Assembly (NCBI RefSeq): GCF_016433145.1
Contig: NC_058130.1
Coordinates: forward strand, 206,031,143-206,095,142
Direction: 5' to 3'
DNA: 64,000 nucleotides
From: Gracilinanus agilis
Taxonomy: Eukaryota
Under the pieces are notes generated by a model. It saw only the letters and a program-made list of their open reading frames with translations. It was not told the DNA's origin and ran no database searches. Shown here piece after piece: positions 23,673-36,129 of the stretch; position 1 is the stretch's first letter; every line of letters begins with the position of its first letter. Position numbers and translations under genes: made by a program.

Positions 23673-23835
23673 CAGGAAGGGAGCCAAGGTGGCAGCTTAG
23701 TAGCAACAAAAGCTGGAACTGCTCAGAGAATCCTCCCAAACCAAGCTTAAAATAATGCCTCAAAGTGACTGACGTCATAGAACCATCAAGGAGATGGATC
23801 GGATTGAAGGGACTCTCCGGCAGAAAACAACTAAA
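23673..23835 (+). mobile_element. Isolated L1 5' UTR fragment flanked by a TSD-like repeat
   Basis: GGAGCCAAGGTGGCAGC resembles an L1 start (GGAGCCAAGATGGCGG). Flanks AACTGCCAATAT (23661-23672) and AAATGCCAATAT (23833-23844). Confidence 0.65.
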
Positions 23836-23924
23836 TGCCAATATAAATGTTTGATCTTTAAGGCAACAAGAAATTATTGTGGTTTCTTGCAAAGGAGAAA
23901 TAACAATGAAAATACTCTTCATTA

Positions 23925-24320
23925 AGGTTTAATCCAGAATGGGTTTTAAGTTTAGAAAGAGAAACTGGAGAGGCTATTGCCTAGGTGTGAAGGAAAAAAA
24001 TCTTTTAGTTGTTGGTTGTTGGAATGAAAACAAGGAAGAGCAAACCCAAGAAACACTTGTTCAGGAACAAAAAACAGGCTATGAAGATGTAACTGAAGGG
24101 ATTAGAAGTCTGACACTTGGAAGTTTACTTGCCTAGGAAACTGAGCTAAAGGTAGTACCATTCATAGGAATGGGGAAGTCGGTAATGGCTATCTGAGGAA
24201 TTTGAGATGACAACACAAGTGGAATAAGAAGCGGTTTGGAGTGAACTCTGGAAGCACTCAGCTCTGTAAGTGTGAAGAGGTCAAGGACAGAATCCTGGAA
24301 AAGGTAATTAGGAATCTGGA
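23925..24320 (-). mobile_element. L2 fragment
   Basis: Resembles the L2 copy at 16850-17330 (aggaatttgagatg...ggacagaatcctgg). Confidence 0.6.
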
Positions 24321-24362
24321 AAGTTAGGTAAGGAGACAAAAGGAACAGCGGAAGAGACCTAC

Positions 24363-24460
24363 CTATGCACAGCAGCTTTAAACTGTGGAACATCAAAGAG
24401 CAAACCACTTCTTTCCAATAGTAGCACTGCCAGCTGGTTTATCAATGTTCCATCTGCAAA
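24363..24460 (-). CDS. AP5Z1: AP5Z1 exon 14
   Basis: cttcag|TTT...CATAG|gtaggt; FADGTLINQLAVLLLERSGLLFDVPQFKAAVH; 98 nt. Confidence 0.95.
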
Positions 24461-25007
24461 CTGAAGTGCAATATTGCCACAATGAACACCTGCAATCAAC
24501 TACTAAACATGAGACAAAATGTACATGTGACAGAGTCCCTGTCCTTTAGTAACATACTTAAAGGAATGTTTGCTTAACAGTATTGGGGGGAAACATGCTA
24601 AGTGCAAAGAAAGGCAGTTCCTGGCCCCCAAAGACAATAAAACAAGTATGCAGGCAACTATAAGATATACCAGAACATAAATGCTCAAGAGAGGCCCAAA
24701 GTGCTGTGGACAAAGAGAAAAGAGATCCCTTCCCGTTGGGGTAATTAGGGAATTCCATGAATGAAATGGCATTTCAATTAAAACCTTAAAAATGGTAACC
24801 GATCTATTTGGCTCACGAAGAGATTTCATGTTAGGACACTGTAAGGTATGTGAGCAGGTAGCCTGAAATTATAACAGGAAGAACCATGAATGCCAGGATG
24901 AGAACTCTAGGTAGGTAAGAAGAAGCCATTGAAAGTTTTTAAGAAGGGAAATTCTATAACTGCCAAAGAATAGAAGAGAAAAACAATATCTGGGAGGAGA
25001 GGCTTAC

Positions 25008-25119
25008 CTCAGTCACCACTGTAAAGAAAAGCTGTATTAAAATGGGGACAGTCTCTGCACACTGTATGACTCGGGCACAGCCAGCCATGGGCTTCAGCAG
25101 TTCATGGAGTGGAGCCAAC
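25008..25119 (-). CDS. AP5Z1: AP5Z1 exon 13
   Basis: catag|G TTG...GAG|gtaagc; LAPLHELLKPMAGCARVIQCAETVPILIQLFFTVVTE; 112 nt. Confidence 0.96.
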
Positions 25120-25705
25120 CTATGAGCAATAATCACTATCAGATCTGCAATAATCAGTGAGTCATAATTAAATTTAGTCACATTCCAAGCCAGTGTGCCC
25201 CACAGACTTGCACTTACATAGCTTTTAAAAAATGTATACTCACAAGAATTCTAAAGGTACTAATGGTATCATTTATGGAATATCTAGGTAATCTCAAGGC
25301 AAAGAAGAAAGAAATCGAACAAGTTAATTCTGCTGCATCTATAGGTTTAGTGGTCAGTAGAGAAAACTTAGATTAATGGTTTAGAATATTTTTTAGACTA
25401 CCTTGATTGGTTTTTTTTTCCTCATTAGCATAGAAAATAGTCTAGCCAAAAAGGCAAAAAGGGAAATACAGACCCAGACATTTCAGTCACCATTCACTAG
25501 AGATACCTCCCCTTCTGAGGCCCCACAAATACCTCTCTCCTCAACTTTTGGTCCTGCAGCCTTGATTAAGATTTTCTTCTGCACATATTTTCCTAAAGCT
25601 CATGTGTCCCAGCATCTCTGAGACAACAACTGAGAAAGCCCTACCGCTGTTGCCATCCTTGAGAACTTTCTCACCACTGCAAATGAACCAGGGAGCCAGC
25701 CTTAC

Positions 25706-25846
25706 CCCTCTATGAAGCCCTTGGCTTTTGGGCGCAGCAAATACTGAAAGAGAGCCTGATGGTGAGGATCTCGAAAACCATCCAAACAGCTGGTGGGCTT
25801 TACGCTGGGATCCCAGAGAGGCTTCTCGGCTGTAGGAAATGATGAC
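25706..25846 (-). CDS. AP5Z1: AP5Z1 exon 12
   Basis: gattag|G TCA...GAGGG|gtaagg; SSFPTAEKPLWDPSVKPTSCLDGFRDPHHQALFQYLLRPKA; 141 nt. Confidence 0.95.
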
Positions 25847-26544
25847 CTAATCACCAAAACACCCAAATCCCAGAAAAAACAAGACAGACTGAGGTCATGA
25901 ACTCTTCTTCACATGTCGGGATTTTGGGAAGTCATTACTAGAACCATCCTAATAGAATCTCCTGTGGAGACTGCTCTAAGGCTGGTGGATCATATTCATT
26001 CTCACTGCAACTCCCTGCTCTTTATCTACTCTGGCCCTGGCACCATTCAGGGTCTTTCCTAAAACCCAGAAATTGCTAGTATCTTCTTCCTCCCTACCTT
26101 ACATATTACTTTGCAATTAATTACTCTGTTTTGTATTTGCCTATCTGAGAGCAGAAATTGTTTTTTTATCTGTATCCTTAGCATAATGTCTAACATTGAA
26201 TATGTTTAATAAATACTGCAGTTTGTTGAATTAAGAAGAGATATAACACGATCAATTTAATAGAAAGCTTCCAGCCAAACTGTAACATTTCCTTTATTCC
26301 ATATTTGCTGCCTTCTCAAGACATACTTTTAATCCTCTATTTCACTTAAGTGGCCAGGATGCTCCCTGAGGGAGCAAGAATTTCACTTGTTTCAGGTAAG
26401 ATAATCCATGAAAACCTAGCAGAAAAAGGCCAATTTCACTGAAAGCAATCCAAAGCCCAAGTTTTGTAAGGCATGCTTCAATGCAGCAGCATTAGCAAGA
26501 GACAGGATGTTTCCAGAAACAAGGAGGTAGATATCTGGACTCAC

Positions 26545-26687
26545 CTAAGATATAGGTCTAGAGCAGCAGTCAAACATGGCAAGTCAAGAAGGACATGGAG
26601 CATCTCAATGGCTGTGCTGGCATCAATGAAAACAGGAAGGATATCCACAAATTCTGAGATCAAGGATGCACTATTCCATGCCAAGAA
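26545..26687 (-). CDS. AP5Z1: AP5Z1 exon 11
   Basis: cactag|TTC...CTTAG|gtgagt; FLAWNSASLISEFVDILP...LLDLPCLTAALDLYL; 143 nt. Confidence 0.97.
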
Positions 26688-27273
26688 CTAGTGGGAAAAA
26701 AACAAGACTGGTCAAGTGTTTAAGCATGTGATGGACATTCCCAGTTGGAGCCAAAGATTCAAAACAAAATCATTAGGATTTACACATATGTTGTAGCTTG
26801 GCATACCATTGATTGAAATGATTTTAGGTAAGTCACAACTATTCCAACAATATCTAAATACTGAACCTCTATCTTCAATAAAACTGACACTAAGGTAAAA
26901 GTTTTTCATTGAAAATACACATAAAATGTTTGAATAAAAATACAACACTAACAAGTCATATTTAAAATATACTAGAGGTTTTCTATCCAAATTATGTTAT
27001 AAATCATTCTCTAAAATGAGTCCTCTCTTAATTTATATGTGTAATCTAGATTTACCCAAAAGGTAAGAATTATTTAAAGTAGGGCCTGATCCCACAGGTT
27101 TATAGATATACATTCAGAATTCTTGACAAGTTCAAAAACATACCCATTATACATGACACCTATAAAAGCGAATGAATAACAGTGCACTTACACACTTGGT
27201 TTTAGCCCAAAAAGGTTCCTGTTCTTTGCAGGTCCTGCTTCAACAAAGTGGGAACTAGTACACATCAGCATAC

Positions 27274-27452
27274 CTTGAAGAGGTTTGGGAAGCTTGATTT
27301 GAAGATGCTGAGGTTTCCACTGAAAAAGTGAATGTTGTCCCTGCAGAACTGGATGAACTCAAAGGCCAGCAATGAGTTATAGAATAACTCTGAAGGGATG
27401 TTGGTAAACAAATGCTGATAAACTGCTTCTGAATCAACTGCTGCTGCTTCAC
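27274..27452 (-). CDS. AP5Z1: AP5Z1 exon 10
   Basis: ctctag|GT GAA...AAG|gtatgc; EAAAVDSEAVYQHLFT...SFPNLFK; 179 nt. Confidence 0.97.
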
Positions 27453-27799
27453 CTAGAGAATGTATCAGGCAAAATGGTGAATTGGGAGCCAGTGATTTTG
27501 AGCAAGTCACCCTCTCAGGTCTGCTTATTAGCTGTTACTCTTTAACAAGTAAGTCATTTTACTTTTCTGGAGCTCAATTTGTGCGTCTATATTAAGGTGG
27601 AGTGGTTGGACTTGGGTACTGTTCTAAGATTCCTTTCAGTTCTAACATTTTATTTATAGTTCTATGTGGACTCAGTAGGGATGATTATGATGAGTTAGTC
27701 AGTTAAAGAACATCTATATCTTGATTCCTTAACTTTTAGAAGTTTGGCCAGTTTCAAATCGTAGGTGTACATACATGAAAGGGTCAGAAAAAGCAGTGC

Positions 27800-27990
27800 T
27801 TGGGGCAGCTAGGAGGAACAGTGACTACAGCACTAGGCTTGGAGTCAGGAAGACCCAAGGTTCAAATCTGGTCTCAGATACTTTCTAGCTGGGTGACCCT
27901 AGGCAAGTCATTCAACCCTTTTTGCCTAGCCCTTGCCCTTCTGTCTTAAGAGCTATTACTAAGACAGAAAGTATGGGTTTTAAAAAAAGC
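27800..27990 (+). mobile_element. SINE1_Mdo-related SINE
   Basis: ggggcagctaggagg...ggttcaaatctggtctcagatac...ggcaagtca...cttctgtcttaag, A-tail. Confidence 0.85.
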
Positions 27991-28832
27991 AAAAGCAATG
28001 CTACTGTAATATTTCTGAAATTTAAAAAGGTCAATATACCATGCAAAGATAACTTTTCTTTCTAAATTTAATAAATAGGTAGGGTCTTTTTTTTTTTTAA
28101 GGAAACTGAAGTATCTGAAAATTCTGGAAATCATTATTCATTCTGGCAAAATAGGCATTTTCAAATCCAATTGTGCTTCAAAAGGAGATATAATTATAAC
28201 CATGACTAAAACCATATATACAGATATATATGGATATATGTTACACACAACAGGTGAGAACTGAATGTGTTATATTGTCCCCTGTCCTTCATAGTAAAGG
28301 GGCTTCTGACCTGGTAGTCAATAGGACATTCATTTTGGCTCATTCTCTAGGCCTCAGTTTCCTCAGCTGTTAAATGAAGAAATTAGACTGGACAATTGTC
28401 CCTTCTAGCTCTAACTCTATAATTGTATAGGTAGAACATGCCTCAGTCAGAAGGCAGCCTCAGAGACCCAAAGATGACTTAGTCCAGCCAATTTGGCCTT
28501 CTTACTATTTCTAAATCCTGTTTCCACACCTTTAGAGTGGTCATTTCCTATGCCTGAAATGGAGTGGACTAAATGTGTTTTCACTTGTAGTTCCTGAAGT
28601 TTGTCTTTCAAAACTCATCTCACGCATGATCCCCCTCCTATACAAGGCTTTTCCTGGCTTGCCCCCCTCTCCACCCACTTCACCATCTTTTCTCAGAATC
28701 ACCATCTACCTATTTTGCATCTGCTTATGTAGTTATTTATTCTCTCCCCAAATAGAATACAGAAAAGCTATGGGTTAGTCATCCTGAGCAAAGATTATAT
28801 AAAATAAGGTCAAAAGCAAAACATTTCCTCAC

Positions 28833-28995
28833 TGTGATTCAAGAAGAACTGAGCGACTGGCAACAGGGCTTGAACATAAGCCAAGTCTCCACAAAGCCGG
28901 CCATGTAAAGTCTTTAGGCAAGACAGAGTCCGGTACATGAAGGAGGAATCCTGCCTACAGAGTAGATCCAATATAATCACAGCTTCAACCAGACA
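28833..28995 (-). CDS. AP5Z1: AP5Z1 exon 9
   Basis: atgcag|TGT...CACA|gtgagg; [22 protein letters not shown]; 163 nt. Confidence 0.97.
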
Positions 28996-29091
28996 CTGCA
29001 TAAAAAACAGAATACCCTCATCAGAGCAAGATGAATGTGACTTTAGTATCCCCTCACCAATCCTGCCCACCTATTTTATAAGGGTACTTAC

Positions 29092-29129
29092 AGCCTTTTG
29101 CAATTCACAGTCTGGTTTCTTCAGGGCTC
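29092..29129 (-). CDS. AP5Z1: AP5Z1 exon 8 (38 nt)
   Basis: aaccag|GA GCC...GCT|gtaagt; ALKKPDCELQKA; followed by a 96 nt intron. Confidence 0.95.
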
Positions 29130-29978
29130 CTGGTTGAAAAAAAACAAACAAATTAAGCTCATTTACTTCCTCCAAATCACTCATGGAGAATAAGCAAGCA
29201 ATAATCGTTCAATGAAAAAAGGATCTCCATTCTCAATATTACTAAATGATTAAAATATAAGAATTCATCTCATGTTTTTTAAACCTTCTAAATATACAGC
29301 CTCTGATAGAAGCTAAAAGTTGAAAGGCACATAGTAAAGATAGGATATTATGGAGTCTGAGAACAATGACAATTCTTGCATCACATTTCACATAGGGGGT
29401 TTCCTAGAAAGAAGGGGGGGGAGTAGGCCCCAAGGGAAGATAGGAAACAAAACTCATTAATCAACAATTAAGAGAACTCTCTTTACTCCTTGGAATTTTT
29501 AATTTCTTTTCTTTAAAAATAAAAAGAAAATGAAATTCATGCAAGCACACTGTCATCGGTAAGTCAAGTAGAGGTCTTCCCCATCCCTGTCATTTCTAAA
29601 TGAATATCTCTTTGGAGATATGTGTATATCCGTGCTTTGCAAACTTCTGAAATGCTAAGCATCTTAAGAACACTGGTTATGTTGATTTTCAGTACAGTGT
29701 TCTTTATGGATCCCAGGGATAACACATCACTAGAGCTACACAAGGTGATTTAAGATGTCTTCTGACCAGCTTTAATGACATAATCATAACTAAAATAATT
29801 TGTTTCCCCTAATACCTGACTTATAGAGCATTATCAGATTTAAAACCCAATCCAAGATTATGAGCCCTAGAAAGCTTCCCTTGGTCAAAACTATAAGTTC
29901 CAAAGAGATCATAAACTTTTACGTTTCATTAGAGAAGGCCTGTCTGAAAATATGAAAACCAGAGAAAACACAACTCAC

Positions 29979-30119
29979 TCCGATTACTCTGCTCAATGAG
30001 TCTCTGGCAGTATTCAAAGGCATTTTCTCGCAGGCGTTCCTTTGGGGGAAGTAAGCGACTGGAGGTGGAAGTAGCAGAGACCATAGACATAATAGAACCC
30101 TCCAGCTCTGATTTATCAT
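29979..30119 (-). CDS. AP5Z1: AP5Z1 exon 7
   Basis: cagcag|AT GAT...CGGA|gtgagt; DDKSELEGS...[26 protein letters not shown]; 141 nt. Confidence 0.97.
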
Positions 30120-30722
30120 CTGCTGGGGAAAAAAGAACATAGATTTCACAGTACTAGTAATCAACTCTACTCACATCCTCAGTCAAGGAAATACAATCTA
30201 CCAATTTAAAGAGACAACACATTGAAACTAATGAGGCAAAAAGAAAAATGTCAAAGATCTAACAAGTTTCCAAGAAAATTCAGTGACTAACAATCACTAA
30301 ATACAAAAAGAAGCCACCTTTGTGTGTCTCTTCCTCTAACTATTAGGTTTCTGACATTTTTTCATAAAACTTTGGCTGAATGATACACTAGGGTTCAAGC
30401 TTTCTCCCGATCATGGATGGATTTAAAGACTGGTTTATATATTTTAAACAAATCATATGCTACACAGCATAAAGTATAAAGCATCTTCAACCAGTGTCAC
30501 TCATTAACCTGACTAAGAACACTCATCAAGACCAGTTTTACAGATTCCTATCCCTTCCAGCCCTCAAGCATATACTACTGTTTTACTAATTGTGGGTATC
30601 TTTCTGAAAAGGCTACCAAATGCTAACTGTGTGGGAAGTCATCAATAAGGCAAATTTTATTTCCTTTAGAGTTTGATATCGATGCTATCACCCTTATCCT
30701 CAAGGACTCCAAAAGCCCATAC

Positions 30723-30891
30723 CTGAATCTGGACTCTCTGTTCCATCATTCCCGCTATATAGTAACCATTTACGCAGCATAGAGAAGGCCTGCATGTTTA
30801 ACCACTGATCTTCAGTGTAGTGCTGGCCCACTGAAAGTACAGTGAAGAAGTCTGTGGCAACTGCACCATCCACCTCAGTGATGGGGCCAGG
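30723..30891 (-). CDS. AP5Z1: AP5Z1 exon 6
   Basis: ctacag|CCT...TCAG|gtatgg; PGPITEVDGAVATDFFTVLS...QWLNMQAFSMLRKWLL; 169 nt. Confidence 0.97.
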
Positions 30892-31561
30892 CTGTAGGAT
30901 ACAAGGAAAAGAGAAAGGAAGTGGCAAAATCTCTCCAAGTGGCACCAAAGGATGGCCAGTTAGTCAATGAGAGAAAAAGAAGAATTCAAGATAAGAAAAA
31001 GTCAAGTAGCATCTGACAGATTACATGCTAACAGATATAAAAACATCTAAAAAGGCATAGTCCTAGAGCAGCATGAAAGCAAGAACGGGAATAACAGAAT
31101 CCTCAGTTGTGCAAGGAACAAATTCTGTGCCCTTATTTTCATTGTTAATGCAAACTCATTCCCTACATTTTTGTCATTCATCTTCTAGGCATGGATAAGA
31201 AAGACGATATTTACAAACTGTCTTCTAAATAGAATAGTCATAACTGTCATCAGCCTATAGGGTCCAGAACCAAAAAGAAAACATGTTGTTGGTGGGGATT
31301 TAAAATACAATCCAGCTATAACTGGTATTTATATCTCTAGATTACTAAGGCTCAGTGACAATACATCATCTCTAGATCACTGGCAAGATAAAATGATAGA
31401 TCAATATAATCCCTATCAGTTTAAAAAGCTAAAAATTTGAACTTAATACAACAAGGTTATCCTAGGCAGCCTGGGCTCAGGGACTCATAAAGGGAAATAA
31501 GAGAGGTTTCCATGGTTATTCAATGATCAGACATCTAGACTCTGAAAACACCATTACTTAC

Positions 31562-31674
31562 CTGTCTTGCCCGGGGATTGGAGAAGAAGCCCCCAGACAC
31601 CTGTGCAACTCCTTGTTGGATACTTGCATAACGAAGCCAGTCAATAAGCCTCTTGTTAAGGAGATTTATCTGGT
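31562..31674 (-). CDS. AP5Z1: AP5Z1 exon 5
   Basis: tggtag|AC CAG...CAG|gtaagt; DQINLLNKRLIDWLRYASIQQG...GGFFSNPRARQ; 113 nt. Confidence 0.96.
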
Positions 31675-32065
31675 CTACCAGGGTTTGGGCAGAGGGAGGA
31701 AAAGTAGAGGAAATCTATCAGTGATATAATAATTTTACATTAAAAAGGGATTTCTGAGATAAACCAGAATGTTAAAAACTATTCTCAAAAGGAAAACAAC
31801 TATTTCAAACTGGTGATCAAATTACAATCAACCTTTTCTGAGTTTTCACATCCTTCCCTTAAAATGGCACAAGCCAAAAGACTGTTAAAGAAAGTCTTAA
31901 TAATTCACCAATTTATATTCTTTGGTGCTCTATATGATTTATTTGATAACCTAGTTTTTTCTAAAAGGGTTCAGATCCACAGCAGCTTTCCTCTATTATT
32001 CTATGAAAACCAGCAACAAAAAATTATTAAAGGAAAAGCGTCAACATAGAGAGCACCATTTTTAC

Positions 32066-32210
32066 CTTCCTTGAAGACTTTTGGTGAGAGGGTAATGACC
32101 TTTGACAAGACAGGCAGGAGGTATCTTAAACTCTGTCCCTCAGGCTGTCGACTTTCAAGGATTTTTGTAACACGAAGCCCCACATCTCTGACCTCATCCC
32201 TTTTATTGCC
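32066..32210 (-). CDS. AP5Z1: AP5Z1 exon 4
   Basis: ttgaag|GGC...GAAG|gtaaaa; GNKRDEVR...LESRQPEGQSLRYLLPV; 145 nt. Confidence 0.96.
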
Positions 32211-33938
32211 CTTCAAATCAAAACACAAATTAAAAGATGTACTTCCTAGTCTACATGGCTTCATATATCTTCTGATCTTCCTGTCCTTTTAGGAAACTGC
32301 CTAAATCATTATGGTAAACATATATATCCCTCAAGATCTTCTCTGCAAGATAACTGCAACATCATAAAACAACAGGCCACAGGGAGAAAAGGACCAGCAA
32401 TTAACAGACATGAAAAACAGAAGGCCAAAAGGGATCACTTGTCATAGAATAGTAGTCCAGGCTGCACAGGGTCACACACAGCTCACTGTCCCAGCTCTAT
32501 CAATGGAGTCAATCTCACTATTTGTTAAGAAAGCTACCCCAAAGAAAAGGCTGCAGTAGGAAAAGAAATACAATAGCAATTAGGTGCTATTTTGCATTTG
32601 ACGGCAATTGTAATTCTAGGTGGAAAGTAGTCACCTGTGGTAGCTCTGGTGTCTCAATGGCATGAAATAGGATTCTATCTGTTAGGCACCAAGAGTACAG
32701 TTAGCAGAAGAAATGTAATGGTTTAATGGAGTAATTCCACAGAATAGCCTGAGGATAAGGTATAGTAAATGCTATACATCTGGGGCCAAATAACTCTTAA
32801 GATAGGATTTAAGATGCTATCCATTTTAGGTGCAGTTGGAAATGAAAGCCAAAGTTGGAATCATACTGAATTTAGATAAAGTATAACTTTTAGCTGCATG
32901 AGAAGATAAACATCAAATGCTTCAAAAGTTAACACCAGAAGGCTCAAATAACTTTCCCCTATACCAATGCTGCAGTCTTCTTGCACCAAAGCTCAAACTA
33001 CAACAACAAAAATCAGTGAAGAGACATTTCGGAGAAACCACTTTGGAGACCTATGTCATTATCTATATGCCCTGCCCATAAATGCTTTTAATTTTTGAAA
33101 ATACCTTAGATTCAAAGATTTAATGAGGCTACATTAAAGAACAAAACAATATAAAAGCCCATTGCTTTCAAGAGAAACTAAAAAGAAGGAAAAAATTGGT
33201 GAAGAATGAAATCTAGCTTCCCTCCCAACATATATAATATACTCTACATGTACAGCCTTCTTATTCATTTCTTTAACTATCAAACTTTAAAAAATTCTAA
33301 GTAGACTGGATAAAGTTTTTAAAAAAGAATTGCTCATCCTGAAGGAAGATAAACTGCCTGCCTTTCTGCCGGCTAGTTTTAGCCTTGGTAACATGAAAAG
33401 AGCTTGCTGAGTTGTAAAAGAAGAACCTGGATGAAAGCATAATAAACCTAAACTAACGGAGCCTAAATGCAAAGTTAAACTAAGGTCCTGGAGTTAAAAA
33501 ACAAAGTTAATCAGAGTATCATTGTTTTGAGGGTTTTTTGGTTTAATTACAGAAATGCACTATTTTTAAAAACAAAATGGTTTTAAAACTTGGAAAAGCA
33601 AATAACAAAACAATCATTGAAGTCCTCTATTTACGCACACAGTTGTAGATAACCACAATTCAAATCTAGATATGAGTTATAAAAACAAGTCTTAAGTATC
33701 ATTCTAACTGTATAATCTCCCCCAATGCTTCAGGGCCAGTTTGCCAAGTGATTTAGAACACACTTAAGAAGAAGCACGTACAGAAGAAGAATGACTAGTG
33801 CACATGGCTCAAAAGAGAATTTAGTAGTACCGAGTCCCAAATGGAACCTTAAATCTCTTTCACATTGGGGAGAGATTATACCTCCTTTTTTCCAGATTAG
33901 AGTTCATTTTGGTCTTTCTTGGCAAGTGTTAACCTCTG

Positions 33939-33952
33939 GCGCCACCTGCTGT
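33939..33952 (-). promoter_or_regulatory. Candidate CTCF binding site in AP5Z1 intron 3
   Basis: Reads ACAGCAGGTGGCGC on -, 13/14 match to CCASYAGRKGGCRS; CpG retained in an AT-rich, CpG-depleted context. Confidence 0.55.
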
Positions 33953-34747
33953 AACAATAGTTTTTCTCCTTCTAAGTAGGTATTTGAATCACATCAAAAA
34001 GTCACTTAAGGGCCCTTCCCCCTCCCCCCCTTTTCTAAAACCATATATGTTTCTAGCTTTTTCTGTGCAGTGTAAGTAGCAATGCACGTTAAAGGGGTCA
34101 GACCACTATTTCTGGAGGCAAAGTCATCTGTATGGCTCACTGAAGCTAAGAGTTGATCTTTTATGGGAAAAGGTGCTAGAGGAAAAGATTAAGATACCAC
34201 TTTTGAAGTATTTTAAATGACTCCATAAAATGAAAGTTTAAATATTTTCTTAGAAGTATTAAGAAAGTGGGGACAGCTGGGTAGCACAGGGGTTCTAGGT
34301 TCAAATCTGGCCTCAGACACTTCCTAGCTATATGATCCTGGATAAGTCACTTAACCCCCAATGCCCCACTATTAATTAGTGCTAACATTAAGCAATTTCT
34401 GGTTTGGAAAAATCTACAGAAGTAGCCTTGCTAATTTATGGGAGTTGTCTAGTTCTAAGATTCACAGTGTTGTCACAGTCAGTATACCACCATTTATAGG
34501 TGCTTCATACCTTCCTTCGGGGATCCTCCAAAAGCTACACAGACAATATTACCTTATTAACTCTCAATCCAGCAAACAAGTACTGATTTCATAGCAGTGG
34601 GAAGGGCAAGAGATTTCATAACTAATGGCACAGGCAGAGATGAAAACCTAACTTCCCATCCTGTGCTCTAAAATAAAATGGAACAAAATATATGAAGGAA
34701 AAGGGACTGGACACAGAAAGAAAGGCAGCAATAGAAGTTCAAGTTAC

Positions 34748-34931
34748 CTGAGCCAAAAGGACTGATGACATCAGGCTTAACAGCTTTGTGTTTTGGATGT
34801 GGTCATAAAACAATGTCAAGTCTTCGAAAGGTGATATTTCTCTTAGGATGGCAGCACAGAGAACCTGAACCTGCTCAGGGGATTTGGGAACTATTGCTGA
34901 TAGCAATAGTTCCACAAATTTCTTTTCAAGT
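34748..34931 (-). CDS. AP5Z1: AP5Z1 exon 3
   Basis: tttacag|A CTT...CAG|gtaact; LEKKFVELL...PEQVQVLCAAILREISP...SVLLAQ; 184 nt. Confidence 0.96.
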
Positions 34932-35439
34932 CTGTAAAAACATAACCAGTCAAAGTGAAGCTTAAATAAAATGTACTTTGTATTTCAGAGAACTCAAATA
35001 CCAACCTACATCACAAACTGAGTCCCTGGTTATGATCCTTTGGACATTATTTTTACATGACTTTCACATACTAAAGATTCTTGATCACTCAATATACTAC
35101 ATTAGTATATTATACTAGTATATACTATATTAGTATATAGGTCACTTTTTAGGAGAAGTAATTCACTAAAAACAAAAGCCTGCCTGGAAACTCAAATGTC
35201 CCTCAAAACGTAAAATGGGGATTTAATAGCACCTACTTTTTAGAATTGTTCTGAAGCTCAAATGAGACAGTTGTAAAAAGCATGTAGCATAGAGCCTTGC
35301 ACAGAGTAGGTACTATATAAATGTATATTCCCTGACTTTTCCCTTGTACCAAGAAAAAGTTTGACCTCGATGTTTAGTCACTTTTGTTTCTGCTCCACTA
35401 CAAAAAGACTCTAGCCATTTAGTGTGAAACTACCATGTT

Positions 35440-35880
35440 ATAAGGAATCTTGACAAATATTGTAGGGATTTGAGTTAACCATAAGTTTACTATGAGCTAA
35501 CTGTGTGGTTTCTAAAAAAGCTGATATAATCTTAGACTATATCACTAAAAGTATAGTATTTTGGTGATAAAAAATATGTCCACATCATAGGAAATAACTT
35601 CTGTTGTAAGTATATGCTTATCAGATGGCATCTAGGTTTTATATATATATGTATATATATGGTTCAATCCTGGGTACCACTTAATTAAGAAGGGCACTGC
35701 CCCCTAAAATGTATTCTAAGGGCATGCATGATGACAAAAGTTCTAGAAAGCATCACGTGAAAAGATATTTGAAATAACGTGGATTTAGAATGGAAAAGAG
35801 AAGACTATGGAGAAATATAACAGCCATCTTCAAATACTAGAAGAAATGACTTATCCAGGGTTGTTCTAGCAGACTTAGAG
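35440..35880 (+). mobile_element. L3/CR1 fragment
   Basis: ataagtttactatgagc...aaaaaagctgatataatcttagactatat resembles CR1 3' ORF2. Confidence 0.55.
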
Positions 35881-35994
35881 GAAAAAGAAAGAAAAATGAT
35901 TTATTTAAGGGTTGTATAACTTGACAGCAGTGAGATCAGTTGATGCTCTATACATTATCTGGTGAAATAGGAAGAATAATCTTCTTTCACTCAC

Positions 35995-36129
35995 TTCCTA
36001 TATTTTGTGGCTGAGACAATGAGGAAAAGTCTTTGCAAACAGTCAGTGGTCTCATTTCCTAAGTCTTCCTTCTGAAGCAATCCCGTTATACGCACACAGA
36101 ATTTCTTCAGTTCCTCATCCTGAATCTCC
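35995..36129 (-). CDS. AP5Z1: AP5Z1 exon 2
   Basis: ttctag|G GAG...AGGAA|gtgagt; EIQDEELKKFC...LQRLFLIVSATKY; 135 nt. Confidence 0.97.

Noticed and set aside
23925-24950. L2 pieces on both sides of AP5Z1 exon 14 suggesting an exon captured inside an L2
   Set aside because: The exon is a conserved AP5Z1 exon, and the two L2 pieces are not in collinear order; independent insertions are the simpler explanation.
21953-32292. Plus-strand ORFs antisense to AP5Z1 exons (e.g. 21953..22255, 26473..26691, 28937..29137, 31523..31729, 32071..32292)
   Set aside because: Shadow ORFs of real coding exons; no independent splice structure or recognisable homology.
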